Assembly: GCA_964429815.1 (NCBI GenBank) | Contig: CAYSCM010000001.1 | Location: 416,001 to 480,000 of the forward strand | Length of the DNA stretch: 64,000 nucleotides | Direction of reading: 5' to 3' | Origin: an uncultured Candidatus Saccharibacteria bacterium | GTDB lineage: Bacteria > Patescibacteriota > Minisyncoccia > Phycocordibacterales > CAYSCM01 | Part shown: positions 34,664-43,462 of the stretch, piece by piece | Layout: each line of letters starts with the position of its first letter | How positions within the stretch are numbered: the first letter of the stretch is position 1 | Notes under the pieces: model-generated | Told to the model about the DNA's origin: nothing | The model's input: only the letters and a program-made list of their open reading frames with translations | Database searches by the model: none | Program-made: the position numbers and the translations under genes

Positions 34664-36841
34664 TCACTCCGCGAGTTTCGAGAGCTTATGTGGGTTGTGC
34701 ATTTTGCAGGCTTTATTTGAGCATCTCTCAGGTATCGTTTTCGTGCCTTCCATCATGAGGGAGCCGCACTCTTTACAGATATTGCCGGTCGGACGCGCCT
34801 TGATGGCGTTCTTGCAATCAGGATAGTTGCTGCAGGAAAAAAACGGTCCAAAACGACCGCGACGCTCCACCATCTCACCCTTGCCGCAGGTGGGGCACTT
34901 CACGCCGGTTGAGTTGAGGAGAGCATCGCGCTTTATGTACTTGCACTTTGGATAGTTGCTGCAAGCGATGAACTTACCGAAGCGTCCTTCGCGCTCGATG
35001 AGCTTTCCATCTTTGCACTGCGGGCAGGGCTCCCCGGTGTCCTTGGGAGGCTCGAGTTCCTTACCCTCCGCTGTGCGCGCGCCCTGGCACTCAGGGAAGC
35101 GCGAGCAGCTCATGAATTTGCCGCCCCGCGAGAGCTTGTAGACCATGGGGCCGTCGCAGATAGGGCAGGGGAATTCCTTCGGCGCGTTCCCGATGTTGGT
35201 GAGCTTTTGTGCCGTTTTGTCCTTACTCTTCACTTCCTTGCGAAAGGGCGTATAGAAATCCCTGAGCGTTTTCTCATAGTCGCGCTTTCCCTCGGCGATC
35301 TGATCGAGCTCATCCTCCATCTCCGCGGTGAACGTGTCGCTTATGTAGTCGGTAAAATTTTTTTCGAGAAACGTTGAAACGACGTCGCCCACATCCGTGG
35401 GGAAAAGAGTCTTTCCTTCTTTGGTGACGTAGCCGCGGTCCGCGAGTGTCTTCATGATGGACGCGTACGTCGAGGGACGTCCGATCCCGCGCTTCTCGAG
35501 CTCCTTGATGAGCCCCGCTTCGGTGTAGCGGGAGGGCGGCTGCGTTTGCTTTCCTTCAGCATTTGCATCGATAAGCGCGAGCGGCTCACCCCCTGCGACC
35601 TTGGGAACCTCGACGTCCTCGCCGCGCGCCGCTGGGTCTGCCTTGAGCCACCCCTCAAAGAGCACGCGCGAACCAACAACGGAAAAGTCCGGAATTTTTC
35701 CCTCTGAAACATTTGCCGAAATTTTGGTCTTGAGCAGTTTCGCATCCGCCATTTGAGAGCTTATGGCTCTCTGCCAGATGAGGCGGTAGAGCTTTTTCTG
35801 CTCCTCGGTCGAGCCGGCGTTTCTGACGTTCGGATTGCTCGGTCGGATGGCCTCGTGCGCTTCCTGGGCAGATTTGCTCTTGGTCTTGTAGACGCGACTC
35901 TCCGCGTACTCTTTGCCGTACTCCTTCTCTACTATAGAGAGCATAGTGCGGCGGGCTCCCTCGGATAGATTCGTGCTATCAGTGCGCATGTAGGTTATGT
36001 GACCCGCCTCATAGAGTTTTTGGGCTATGGACATCGTGCGAGAAGGGGCGAATCCGAGTCGGCTGGAGGCGGATTGCTGAAGCGTTGAGGTTGTATAGGG
36101 GGCTCGCGCCGAGCGCTTCGTCTCGCTCTCCGAGACCTCGGTAACGCTCCACGAGCCCGTACGGACGATTTTGAGAATGCGTTCTACCTCCTTCTCGTCT
36201 CGCGGCTCTTCCTCGCAAATAAGGGTGAGCGCGTCGCCCTTCTTGGTTTTGACGTTCACGGTAAGCACCCAAAAATTTTCCGGCACGAATGCGCGTATCT
36301 CGCGCTCGCGCTCCATGAGAATGCGAAGCGCAGGGGACTGGACGCGTCCTGCCGAAAGGCCGTAACGCACCTTCTTCCAAATGAGGCCAGAGAGATCGTA
36401 CCCAACGAGTCTATCAAGGACGCGCCGCGCTTCCTGGGCGCGCTTAAGGTTCTCATCTATGGTGCGGGGGTGTTTCATCGCTTCCTGGACCGCCTCCTCT
36501 GTTATCTCGTGGAAAACGATGCGTTTCGGCCGCTTGAGCTTGAGCGCCTGTGCAAGATGCCACGCGATGGCCTCACCCTCGCGATCGGGGTCGGTCGCAA
36601 GGACCACCTCGTCGGCTTTTTCGGCAATGTCGGTGAGCTCGTCGATGACGTGCTGTTTGCCCTTTACGATCTCGTAGTGCGGCACAAAACCGCCCTCGAT
36701 GTCGATGGCTTTTTTGTTGCTCTTCGGAAGATCTCGCACGTGCCCCACGGAGGCTTTGACCGTGTACTTGTTGTCGAGATATTTCGAGATGGTCTTCGCT
36801 TTTGCGGGCGACTCAACTATGAGAAGTTTCGCCATAGTCAA
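34664..36841 (-). CDS. topA: DNA topoisomerase I
   Basis: Toprim N-terminus (MAKLLIVESPAKAKTI), catalytic Tyr region, multiple C-terminal C4 zinc ribbons. 725 aa. Confidence 0.92.
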   Translation of the reverse strand: MTMAKLLIVESPAKAKTISKYLDNKYTVKASVGHVRDLPKSNKKAIDIEGGFVPHYEIVKGKQHVIDELTDIAEKADEVVLATDPDREGEAIAWHLAQALKLKRPKRIVFHEITEEAVQEAMKHPRTIDENLKRAQEARRVLDRLVGYDLSGLIWKKVRYGLSAGRVQSPALRILMEREREIRAFVPENFWVLTVNVKTKKGDALTLICEEEPRDEKEVERILKIVRTGSWSVTEVSESETKRSARAPYTTSTLQQSASSRLGFAPSRTMSIAQKLYEAGHITYMRTDSTNLSEGARRTMLSIVEKEYGKEYAESRVYKTKSKSAQEAHEAIRPSNPNVRNAGSTEEQKKLYRLIWQRAISSQMADAKLLKTKISANVSEGKIPDFSVVGSRVLFEGWLKADPAARGEDVEVPKVAGGEPLALIDANAEGKQTQPPSRYTEAGLIKELEKRGIGRPSTYASIMKTLADRGYVTKEGKTLFPTDVGDVVSTFLEKNFTDYISDTFTAEMEDELDQIAEGKRDYEKTLRDFYTPFRKEVKSKDKTAQKLTNIGNAPKEFPCPICDGPMVYKLSRGGKFMSCSRFPECQGARTAEGKELEPPKDTGEPCPQCKDGKLIEREGRFGKFIACSNYPKCKYIKRDALLNSTGVKCPTCGKGEMVERRGRFGPFFSCSNYPDCKNAIKARPTGNICKECGSLMMEGTKTIPERCSNKACKMHNPHKLSKLAE

Positions 36842-36886
36842 ACACTAGTACGTTAGTTCAAATTATTTGTCAAATTCTTCGCTCCC

Positions 36887-37741
36887 TCACGCGCGGCGGA
36901 TTTCGCCCATTTCTTCTTTGATAAGACCGCGAAGTTCTAGCCGTGCGAGCGTGACTTGTATCTCGCTAGTGGGTAGCGATAGCGTATCGATAAGTTCATC
37001 CCGTGAGAGGGGATTTTCGAGGCTCGCGAGGATTTTCTGCTCAAGCTCGGAGAGGTTCTCGACGCTCGCCTGTCGCGCTTCACTCTTGAGACCAAGCGCG
37101 TCAAGAATCTCCTCGCTTTTTATCACTGGTGTGGCACCGAGTCGCAGGAGCATGTGCGGTCCAAACGAATTTCCGGAAAAAATAGAACCCGGTACTGTGA
37201 GCACGTCGCGATTGTAGTCAGTTGCGAGTTTGCTCGTGATGAGCGTTCCTGATTTTTCACTGGCCTCGACGACAAGGACCGCATGGGAAAGTCCGGCCAT
37301 AATACGATTGCGCAGCGGAAACGAGTAGGGAGTTGCCTTAAAATCATCGGGGAAGGGAGAAAGAAGGCAGCCGCCGGCCTTGAGGATGCGCTTCGCGAGG
37401 GCGCGGTTGCTGGCGGGGTAGAGGACGCTCCCGCCAAGTCCGGAGCCGGGCACGGCTACCGTCGTAAGACCCGCCTCCAGAGCTGCCTCGTGAGCGATGG
37501 CGTCTATGCCGAGGGCGAGTCCGGAGACAATAACGATTGGATAGCCGGCAAGTCCCGCGATAAGTTTTTGCACAGCCTGCTTGCCATAGGGGGTGTATTT
37601 GCGGGAGCCGACGACCGCGAGGAATTTATTCTCCGCTTTAGGAAGGGTTCCACGCGCATAGAGCTTCTCGGGTGGATCTGTAATCTCTCGCAAAAGCGGC
37701 GGAAATTGGGAGGGTTTGAGGACTATGGAGCCGCTATGCAT
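36887..37741 (-). CDS. dprA: DNA processing protein DprA (Smf)
   Basis: LAVVGSRKYTPYGKQAVQKLIAGLA...IVIVSGLALGIDAIAHEAAL...TVAVPGSGL is the DprA Rossmann core. C-terminal winged-helix-like tail. Confidence 0.85.
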   Translation of the reverse strand: MHSGSIVLKPSQFPPLLREITDPPEKLYARGTLPKAENKFLAVVGSRKYTPYGKQAVQKLIAGLAGYPIVIVSGLALGIDAIAHEAALEAGLTTVAVPGSGLGGSVLYPASNRALAKRILKAGGCLLSPFPDDFKATPYSFPLRNRIMAGLSHAVLVVEASEKSGTLITSKLATDYNRDVLTVPGSIFSGNSFGPHMLLRLGATPVIKSEEILDALGLKSEARQASVENLSELEQKILASLENPLSRDELIDTLSLPTSEIQVTLARLELRGLIKEEMGEIRRA

Positions 37742-37796
37742 ACCGTGATACTACTGTAAAAGAAAACAGGCCGCACGAAGCGACCTGTTCTATCCC

Positions 37797-37992
37797 TTAC
37801 GCGTTTAGGGGATCATCGTCGTAGAGCTGTTCGGCTCGCTTACGACTCATTTGGGGATTTGAGAGCATCAGTTGGCCGATGACGTAGGAACGACGTTGCG
37901 CCCTACGCTCTTCCGGAGTCATCTGGTGCTGCCGTGCGCTCTCGAGGAGTGCATCGAGTGCAGGACGCTTCGGGCTCGAGGGAATACGCATA
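37797..37992 (-). CDS. hypothetical small basic protein (about 65 aa)
   Basis: MRIPSSPKRPALDALLESARQHQMTPEERRAQRRSYVIGQLMLSNPQMSRKRAEQLYDDDPLNA. SD-like AAGGAUGG lies 7 nt upstream. Located between dprA and divergent serS. Start uncertain. Confidence 0.3.
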
Positions 37993-38069
37993 GGAACCAT
38001 CCTTTCTGGCCTCACTATACTAGTGAAGCGACGCCTATAAAAATCAAAAAAGCCGGCTATACTGTAGCT

Positions 38070-39338
38070 ATGCTCGATATTAAGTTCATCCGAGAAAACC
38101 TTGATCTCATCAAAGAAGGAGCTCGCAAAAAGCGCATTAAAGTCGATTTTGACCGGCTGACCTCCGTCGACGATGAGCGCAAAAAACTCCTCGCGGCGGT
38201 TGAGGAAAAACGCAGCAAGCAAAATGCCGCCTCCGAGACCATTACCCGGGCCTCTTCAGGGGACCGAGTTGTTCTCCTTAGCGCTATGAAGGTGCTCAAA
38301 GAGGAGCTTCGAAGGGAGGAGGAAAAGCTCAAAGAGATTATGAAGGAATGGCAAGGGCTCATGGTGCAGGTTCCCAACATTCCGGATATGTCAGTCCCGG
38401 AAGGGGATTCGGATGCAGATAATAAGGAAGTTCGGACTTGGGGAAAGCCAACGAAATTTTCTTTTAAGCCCAAAAGTCACATCGAACTCATGGAGGGGCT
38501 CGGGATGGTTGACCTCGAGCGCGGCACCAAGGTAGCTGGTTTCCGAGGGTACTTTCTCAAGGGTGCTGGCGTCGAGCTTAACTTTGCTATCTGGAATTTC
38601 GTCAATGAAATGTTCCGTGCGCGTGGTGACTTCACGCCTATCATCGCGCCCTCACTCGTGAAGCGCGAACCGTTCCTCGGCACCGGGTACCTCCCGCAGA
38701 GCGAGGAAGATCTCTACAAAACGCAAGACGGCGAATACCTCGCGGGTACCGCGGAGGTGGGGGTGATGGGCTACTACATGGACGAGACACTCGAGACAAA
38801 AGACCTTCCGGTAAAATTTTTCGGTTTTTCCCCATGTTTTCGCCGAGAAGTGGGAAGTCACGGCAAGGACACCAAGGGCATTATGCGGGTCCACGAGTTT
38901 TTCAAGTTCGAACAGGTGGTGCTCTGTGCCGCCTCGCACGAGGAGTCGGTGAAGCACCATGAAGCGCTCACGGAAAATTCTGAGAAGCTTCTTCAGGCGC
39001 TCGAAATACCCTATCACGTCGTCATCAACTGCGGCGGAGACTTAGGGCTCGGCCAGGTGAAAAAGTATGACATCGAGGCGTGGGTGCCCTCGGAAAATAA
39101 ATATCGCGAGACGCACAGCTCCTCCTACTTCCACGATTTCCAGACGCGTCGCCTCAACATCCGCTACCGCGACGAGGAGGGGAAGTTGCGTTTCGCCCAC
39201 TCGCTCAACAACACGGCCCTTGCGACCCCGCGCATTCTCATTCCGCTTATTGAAAACAACCAGCAGGAGGATGGCTCCATCATGATCCCGAAAGCGCTCC
39301 AGAAGTATCTTGGCCGCGAAAAAATAGCGGCGACATAG
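38070..39338 (+). CDS. serS: seryl-tRNA synthetase
   Basis: MLDIKFIRENLDLIKEGARKKR N-terminal coiled-coil and class II core (FRREVGSHGKDTKGIMRVHEF; GLGQVKKYDIEAWVP). Start moved from the track 37872 to ATG 38070. Confidence 0.9.
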   Translation: MLDIKFIRENLDLIKEGARKKRIKVDFDRLTSVDDERKKLLAAVEEKRSKQNAASETITRASSGDRVVLLSAMKVLKEELRREEEKLKEIMKEWQGLMVQVPNIPDMSVPEGDSDADNKEVRTWGKPTKFSFKPKSHIELMEGLGMVDLERGTKVAGFRGYFLKGAGVELNFAIWNFVNEMFRARGDFTPIIAPSLVKREPFLGTGYLPQSEEDLYKTQDGEYLAGTAEVGVMGYYMDETLETKDLPVKFFGFSPCFRREVGSHGKDTKGIMRVHEFFKFEQVVLCAASHEESVKHHEALTENSEKLLQALEIPYHVVINCGGDLGLGQVKKYDIEAWVPSENKYRETHSSSYFHDFQTRRLNIRYRDEEGKLRFAHSLNNTALATPRILIPLIENNQQEDGSIMIPKALQKYLGREKIAAT

Positions 39339-39339
39339 C

Positions 39340-40176
39340 ATGATCGAGAACCGCTGGCGCAAAAAGGCTAAGCCGGCGAAACTGGGCCGCCGCCGCCGCC
39401 GCCTCTTCTACATAAGAAGCGCGCTTATAACTACTGCAGCTCTCACGCTGGTAGCCAGCTCGATTCTCCTTTCGCACACCCCGGGGCTTCAGGTAAAGGA
39501 ATTTTCGGTTTCAGGCAACAGTACGGCGCTTACGGACGATATCGTCGCTCTTGCTCGTAAGATTGGGCGAGGAGCATATTTGTTCGTATTTCCGAAAATG
39601 AACATCGCATTGTATCCGCGCGAAGCGCTTGCCTCCGCGATTCTCTCCGAATTTCCCCAGCTCAAAGCCGCGAACATAAGCGAGCGAGGATTCACCGGAC
39701 TTTCGATCGCAGTCACTGAGCGCACCCCGATCGGGCTTTGGTGTGGACGGCAGACGTCGGAAGGGAGTCCGGCAGCGAACGATTGCTACTTTCTCGATGA
39801 GGATGGCTATATTTACGGCAAGGCGCCCGGCTTTTCTGGCCCCGTCTTTGTGCGCTTCTATGGACTTGATTTTGATGGCGAGGCAGTGGCAACACAGTAC
39901 CTTCCGCCCGGCACCTTCAGGTCTCTTGAGGCATTTTTTTTGCAGATGCGCCGCCTTGGTCTTACGGTGAGTTCGTTCACGATAAAAGACCGCTACGATT
40001 ACGAGGTCGATTTCAGCGAAGGGCCGTACCTCCTCTTTGCGCGCGCGAGCGACCTTACGGCGGTGCTCCAAAACCTGGAATCTGTCGCCGACTCCGATGC
40101 GCTCCGAGGCAAACTGAGTACGCTCGAATACCTTGACCTGCGTTTCGGCAATCGGGTCTACTACAAGGAACGATAA
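39340..40176 (+). CDS. FtsQ/DivIB-like cell-division protein (POTRA domain)
   Basis: Basic N-terminus, TM (ALITTAALTLVASSILL), POTRA-like VKEFSVSGNS...IAL, C-terminal beta domain. Confidence 0.6.
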   Translation: MIENRWRKKAKPAKLGRRRRRLFYIRSALITTAALTLVASSILLSHTPGLQVKEFSVSGNSTALTDDIVALARKIGRGAYLFVFPKMNIALYPREALASAILSEFPQLKAANISERGFTGLSIAVTERTPIGLWCGRQTSEGSPAANDCYFLDEDGYIYGKAPGFSGPVFVRFYGLDFDGEAVATQYLPPGTFRSLEAFFLQMRRLGLTVSSFTIKDRYDYEVDFSEGPYLLFARASDLTAVLQNLESVADSDALRGKLSTLEYLDLRFGNRVYYKER

Positions 40177-40202
40177 GAGGCGGTCCGTCGAGGACCGCCT
40201 CT
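40177..40202. terminator. bidirectional hairpin between convergent genes
   Basis: gaggcggtcc-gtcga-ggaccgcctc, a perfect 10-bp stem. Confidence 0.45.
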
Positions 40203-40358
40203 TCACTTGTTGCTCCTGCGTATGCGCTTGAAATTTTCTCTGCGGCGCTCTTCTCGTTCGATTTCCTCGAGCTGGCCGCGAAGAGACCCGCTTTTGAATA
40301 TGTCGAGCGCCACTTTCGGCAATCGAACGATGAGAGCGAGCATTCTGCGTATGCCCAT
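40203..40358 (-). CDS. hypothetical small basic protein (51 aa)
   Basis: Consensus SD (GAAAGGAGuucuucc-AUG). MGIRRMLALIVRLPKVALDIFKSGSLRGQLEEIEREERRRENFKRIRRSNK. Lies in the ftsQ-dus intergenic gap. Confidence 0.35.
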   Translation of the reverse strand: MGIRRMLALIVRLPKVALDIFKSGSLRGQLEEIEREERRRENFKRIRRSNK

Positions 40359-40426
40359 GGAAGAACTCCTTTCACGGTCATAGTAGCGTCTTCCAAAGAA
40401 GGCAGGCAAGTGTTACGGTCATAACC

Positions 40427-41395
40427 GTGCAGAAAAACTTTTGGCTTACGCTCCCACGACCGTTTTTCCTCCTCGCGCCGATGGCGGACGTCACCGACGC
40501 GGCGTTTCGGCGCGTCATAGCCCGCTATGGCAAGCCCGATGCGATGTTCACCGAGTTCGTCTCCGCTGACGGACTCCTTCTGGCGGACGAGGAAAGCAGA
40601 AACAAGCTCATGAAGGACCTCATCTTTACGCAAGCGGAGCGGCCCATCGTCGCCCAGTTTTTCACAGCGACCCCGGATCATTTGGAACAGGCGGCCGCAC
40701 TTGCCCGGGATATGGGCTTTGACGGCGTCGATATCAACATGGGGTGTCCCGATCGTGCTATAGAAAAACAAGGCGCCGGGGCGGCGCTCATAAAAAATCC
40801 CGCGCTCGCGCGGCAGCTCATCCGCGCCGCTAAGCGCGGCGCGGCCCCTCTTCCCGTCTCAGTGAAAACCCGCATCGGCTTCAATAAGAATGAGCTCGAT
40901 ACATGGCTCCCTGAGCTTCTTGCCGAGGAGCCGGTCGCCATTACCCTCCACGCGCGCACGCGAAAAGAAATGTCCAAAGTTCCGGCACAGTGGGATCAAG
41001 TTAAGCGCGCGGTCGAGATTCGCGATTCGCTCAATTCCAAAACGTTCATTGTGGGGAATGGCGATGTGCTTACACTCGCGCAAGCTCGGGAAAAAATTGA
41101 ACATACCGGCTGCGATGGGGTCATGATAGGCAAGGGAATCTTCGGTAACCCATGGCGATTCAATCGAAAACGCGATGAACCGACCCGACAGGAGCGACTC
41201 TCCGCGCTCGTCGAGCACGCAAGACTCTTTGAAGAGCTTCTCGGCGACACCAAAAGTTTTGCGGTCATGAAAAAGCACATCAAGGCGTACGTTGAAGGAT
41301 TCCCCGGGGCGAAAGAGCTTCGCATGCGCCTCATGGAGGCGGCGGACGCTGCAACGGTCGCGCGCGCGATTGAGGAAACCCCGATTGCTCCGTAG
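40427..41395 (+). CDS. dus: tRNA-dihydrouridine synthase
   Basis: LAPMADVTDAAFRRV and the FMN-binding TIM-barrel motifs (VDINMGCP). Confidence 0.88.
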   Translation: MQKNFWLTLPRPFFLLAPMADVTDAAFRRVIARYGKPDAMFTEFVSADGLLLADEESRNKLMKDLIFTQAERPIVAQFFTATPDHLEQAAALARDMGFDGVDINMGCPDRAIEKQGAGAALIKNPALARQLIRAAKRGAAPLPVSVKTRIGFNKNELDTWLPELLAEEPVAITLHARTRKEMSKVPAQWDQVKRAVEIRDSLNSKTFIVGNGDVLTLAQAREKIEHTGCDGVMIGKGIFGNPWRFNRKRDEPTRQERLSALVEHARLFEELLGDTKSFAVMKKHIKAYVEGFPGAKELRMRLMEAADAATVARAIEETPIAP

Positions 41396-41450
41396 CGCGA
41401 CTGGTGTTAGCGTGGCGTCAGAAATCAGGGAAATCCAGACAGGAGGTCTT

Positions 41451-42323
41451 ATGTCACAGATCCCCGTTCATGCAGTACGGCTCGTGAGCCGCTGCTCGGG
41501 CGTCGAGAGTGGTGGCAACGCGTACGCGACCATCCTCGTATCGGTGCACGAAAAAGAGTATACCCCTGCGTATGCGTGGATTCTCTACCGCGCGTACGGC
41601 AGTTCAACTAAGTCCGCGGAGAAGTACCTTATGCAGTGCTTCACGGACCAGGGCGAAGCGCTACGAAGCTTTCCGTGCGGCTATCCGGATCGACCATGGG
41701 AGGCGCAGAACGCGTGGCTCGCCGAGGTCGCATTCGACGAAGATCCGACTGTCATGCAGCGCACGTACTATCGCAAGATACCGGATTGGCTGTTTGGCCA
41801 AGAGCGAACGCTCGTCACACACCGGCCGTCTCTTTCTCCGGAGGAACCGATCGTGTGGCACTTTCCCGACTTCACGAAGGAAGAGAGCCGAATGCTCGAG
41901 GAGCTTGATATCGTTGTGCACGCGGCGTGTCGTGTCGCGATGGATGAACGTGCTCAAGAGCTTTCGGAGGAAGGGAAGCAGGAACACATTCTGGTCTTTT
42001 CCTCTCCAGAGCCGTTTGCCATCACAGAAGAGGCCCTGACGCGCGTATGGCTTCTCGAAGCTCGCAGTACGGTCGCACAGGACTACCGCAGTGCACGTTA
42101 CTTCGATCCCGGTGATACGCTCTTTCTGGTTTACGTCGAGTACACGGCAATGCGAGAGGAGTTTCGTAAAAAGCATGTCCTCTACGCATGGAGGGACGGA
42201 TTCCCGAGGGCGGCGCGGAAACAACTCATCAAAGGCGTTCGCGCCTGGGCGCGAACGCACGGGTTCAACTCTTCGTTCAAGCACTTCGGCCTTATCCTCA
42301 GGAGCGTTCACCGCTCGTCATGA
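41451..42323 (+). CDS. hypothetical protein (290 aa)
   Basis: Start set to ATG 41451 with SD CAGGAGGtcttATG. The track ORF begins at 41292, inside dus. No domain recognised. Confidence 0.45.
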   Translation: MSQIPVHAVRLVSRCSGVESGGNAYATILVSVHEKEYTPAYAWILYRAYGSSTKSAEKYLMQCFTDQGEALRSFPCGYPDRPWEAQNAWLAEVAFDEDPTVMQRTYYRKIPDWLFGQERTLVTHRPSLSPEEPIVWHFPDFTKEESRMLEELDIVVHAACRVAMDERAQELSEEGKQEHILVFSSPEPFAITEEALTRVWLLEARSTVAQDYRSARYFDPGDTLFLVYVEYTAMREEFRKKHVLYAWRDGFPRAARKQLIKGVRAWARTHGFNSSFKHFGLILRSVHRSS

Positions 42324-42329
42324 TCTATC

Positions 42330-42363
42330 AAGGCGCGCCTTGCGGCGCGCCTTTTTGTTTTTT
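42330..42363 (+). terminator. intrinsic terminator
   Basis: Palindromic ggcgcgcc-ttgc-ggcgcgcc, then tttttgtttttt. Confidence 0.7.
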
Positions 42364-42369
42364 CACCTA

Positions 42370-42375
42370 TATAAT
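42370..42375 (+). promoter_or_regulatory. -10 hexamer TATAAT 7 nt before dnaX ATG (leaderless configuration)
   Basis: cacctaTATAATgagagccATG. The -35 region would fall inside the preceding terminator. Confidence 0.4.
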
Positions 42376-42382
42376 GAGAGCC

Positions 42383-43423
42383 ATGTCGGAAAATCTCGCG
42401 CTCTACCGTAAGTACCGTCCGCGCTCCTTTACGGAAGTGCTCGGTCAGGATCAGGTCGTGAAGGTGCTTCAAGGGGCCATCAAGAAGGGTAACATCGCGC
42501 ACGCGTACCTTTTCGCCGGCTCGCGCGGCACGGGGAAGACTTCCATCGCGCGCATTTTCGCTCGAGAAATAGGCACTTCCGATAAGGATCTCTACGAGAT
42601 AGATGCGGCAAGCAATCGCGGCGTCGATGACATTCGCGAACTTCGCGAGGGTGTCCATGCCCTCCCATTCGGTTCCGCTCACAAGGTCTACATTGTTGAT
42701 GAGGTACACATGCTCACGAAGGAGGCGTTCAACGCGTTTCTGAAAACACTCGAAGAGCCTCCGAAGCATGCGGTATTCATTCTCGCCACCACCGAGATGG
42801 AAAAACTTCCCGAGACTATTATTTCGCGCTGCCAGGTATTTACCTTCAAAAAACCGACGCAGAAGATCCTCAAGGACATGGTGAGTGTGGTCGCCAAAAA
42901 AGAAGGCTTCAGCATAGAGCCGGCCGCAGCAGAGCTCATGGCATTGCTCGCTGACGGTTCGTTTCGCGACGCGCTGGGAGTTCTCCAAAAGATCCTGAGC
43001 TCCTCTAAAGACAAAAAGGTAAGCCTCTCTGAGGTCGAGCTCGTGACCGGCGCGCCCAAAGCAGGGCTCCTCGTCGGAGTCCTTTCCTCCATCGGCTCCG
43101 GCGATGCATCCGCAGGCCTCAGGGCGGTCAAACGAGCCGCCGTGGAGAACATTGACATGAGGGTTTTTCTCACGATGCTCCTCGAGCGCGTCCGCACTGT
43201 ACTTCTCTTGCGCTTCGCGAAAGATATGGAAAGCGCTCTTGCCGAAGAATTTAACGAAGACGAGTTCGCAACGTTAAAAAAAATCGCTGCGACGAAAGAC
43301 TCCAAAATAAACGCCGCAACCCTAAAACGCCTCCTCGAGGCGTACACGGAATCCGCTCGCGCCTACATCCCCGAGCTGCCGCTCGAGCTCGCGCTTATCG
43401 ACCTTGCGGGGGAAGAGAATTAG
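42383..43423 (+). CDS. dnaX: DNA polymerase III subunit gamma/tau (short gamma-like form)
   Basis: YRKYRPRSFTEVLGQDQV...AYLFAGSRGTGKTSIARIFAREI...VYIVDEVHML...FILATTE clamp-loader motifs. 346 aa, no tau extension. Confidence 0.9.
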   Translation: MSENLALYRKYRPRSFTEVLGQDQVVKVLQGAIKKGNIAHAYLFAGSRGTGKTSIARIFAREIGTSDKDLYEIDAASNRGVDDIRELREGVHALPFGSAHKVYIVDEVHMLTKEAFNAFLKTLEEPPKHAVFILATTEMEKLPETIISRCQVFTFKKPTQKILKDMVSVVAKKEGFSIEPAAAELMALLADGSFRDALGVLQKILSSSKDKKVSLSEVELVTGAPKAGLLVGVLSSIGSGDASAGLRAVKRAAVENIDMRVFLTMLLERVRTVLLLRFAKDMESALAEEFNEDEFATLKKIAATKDSKINAATLKRLLEAYTESARAYIPELPLELALIDLAGEEN

Positions 43424-43462
43424 CCTGATGTGACACTCGCACTTTTTCACACGCCGTAGGGT

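Noticed and set aside
40055-40771. 238-aa minus-strand ORF
   Set aside because: Overlaps the ftsQ-like 3' end and the 5' part of dus on the opposite strand. The real small minus-strand gene in this gap is the 51-aa ORF at 40203-40358, which has a consensus SD.
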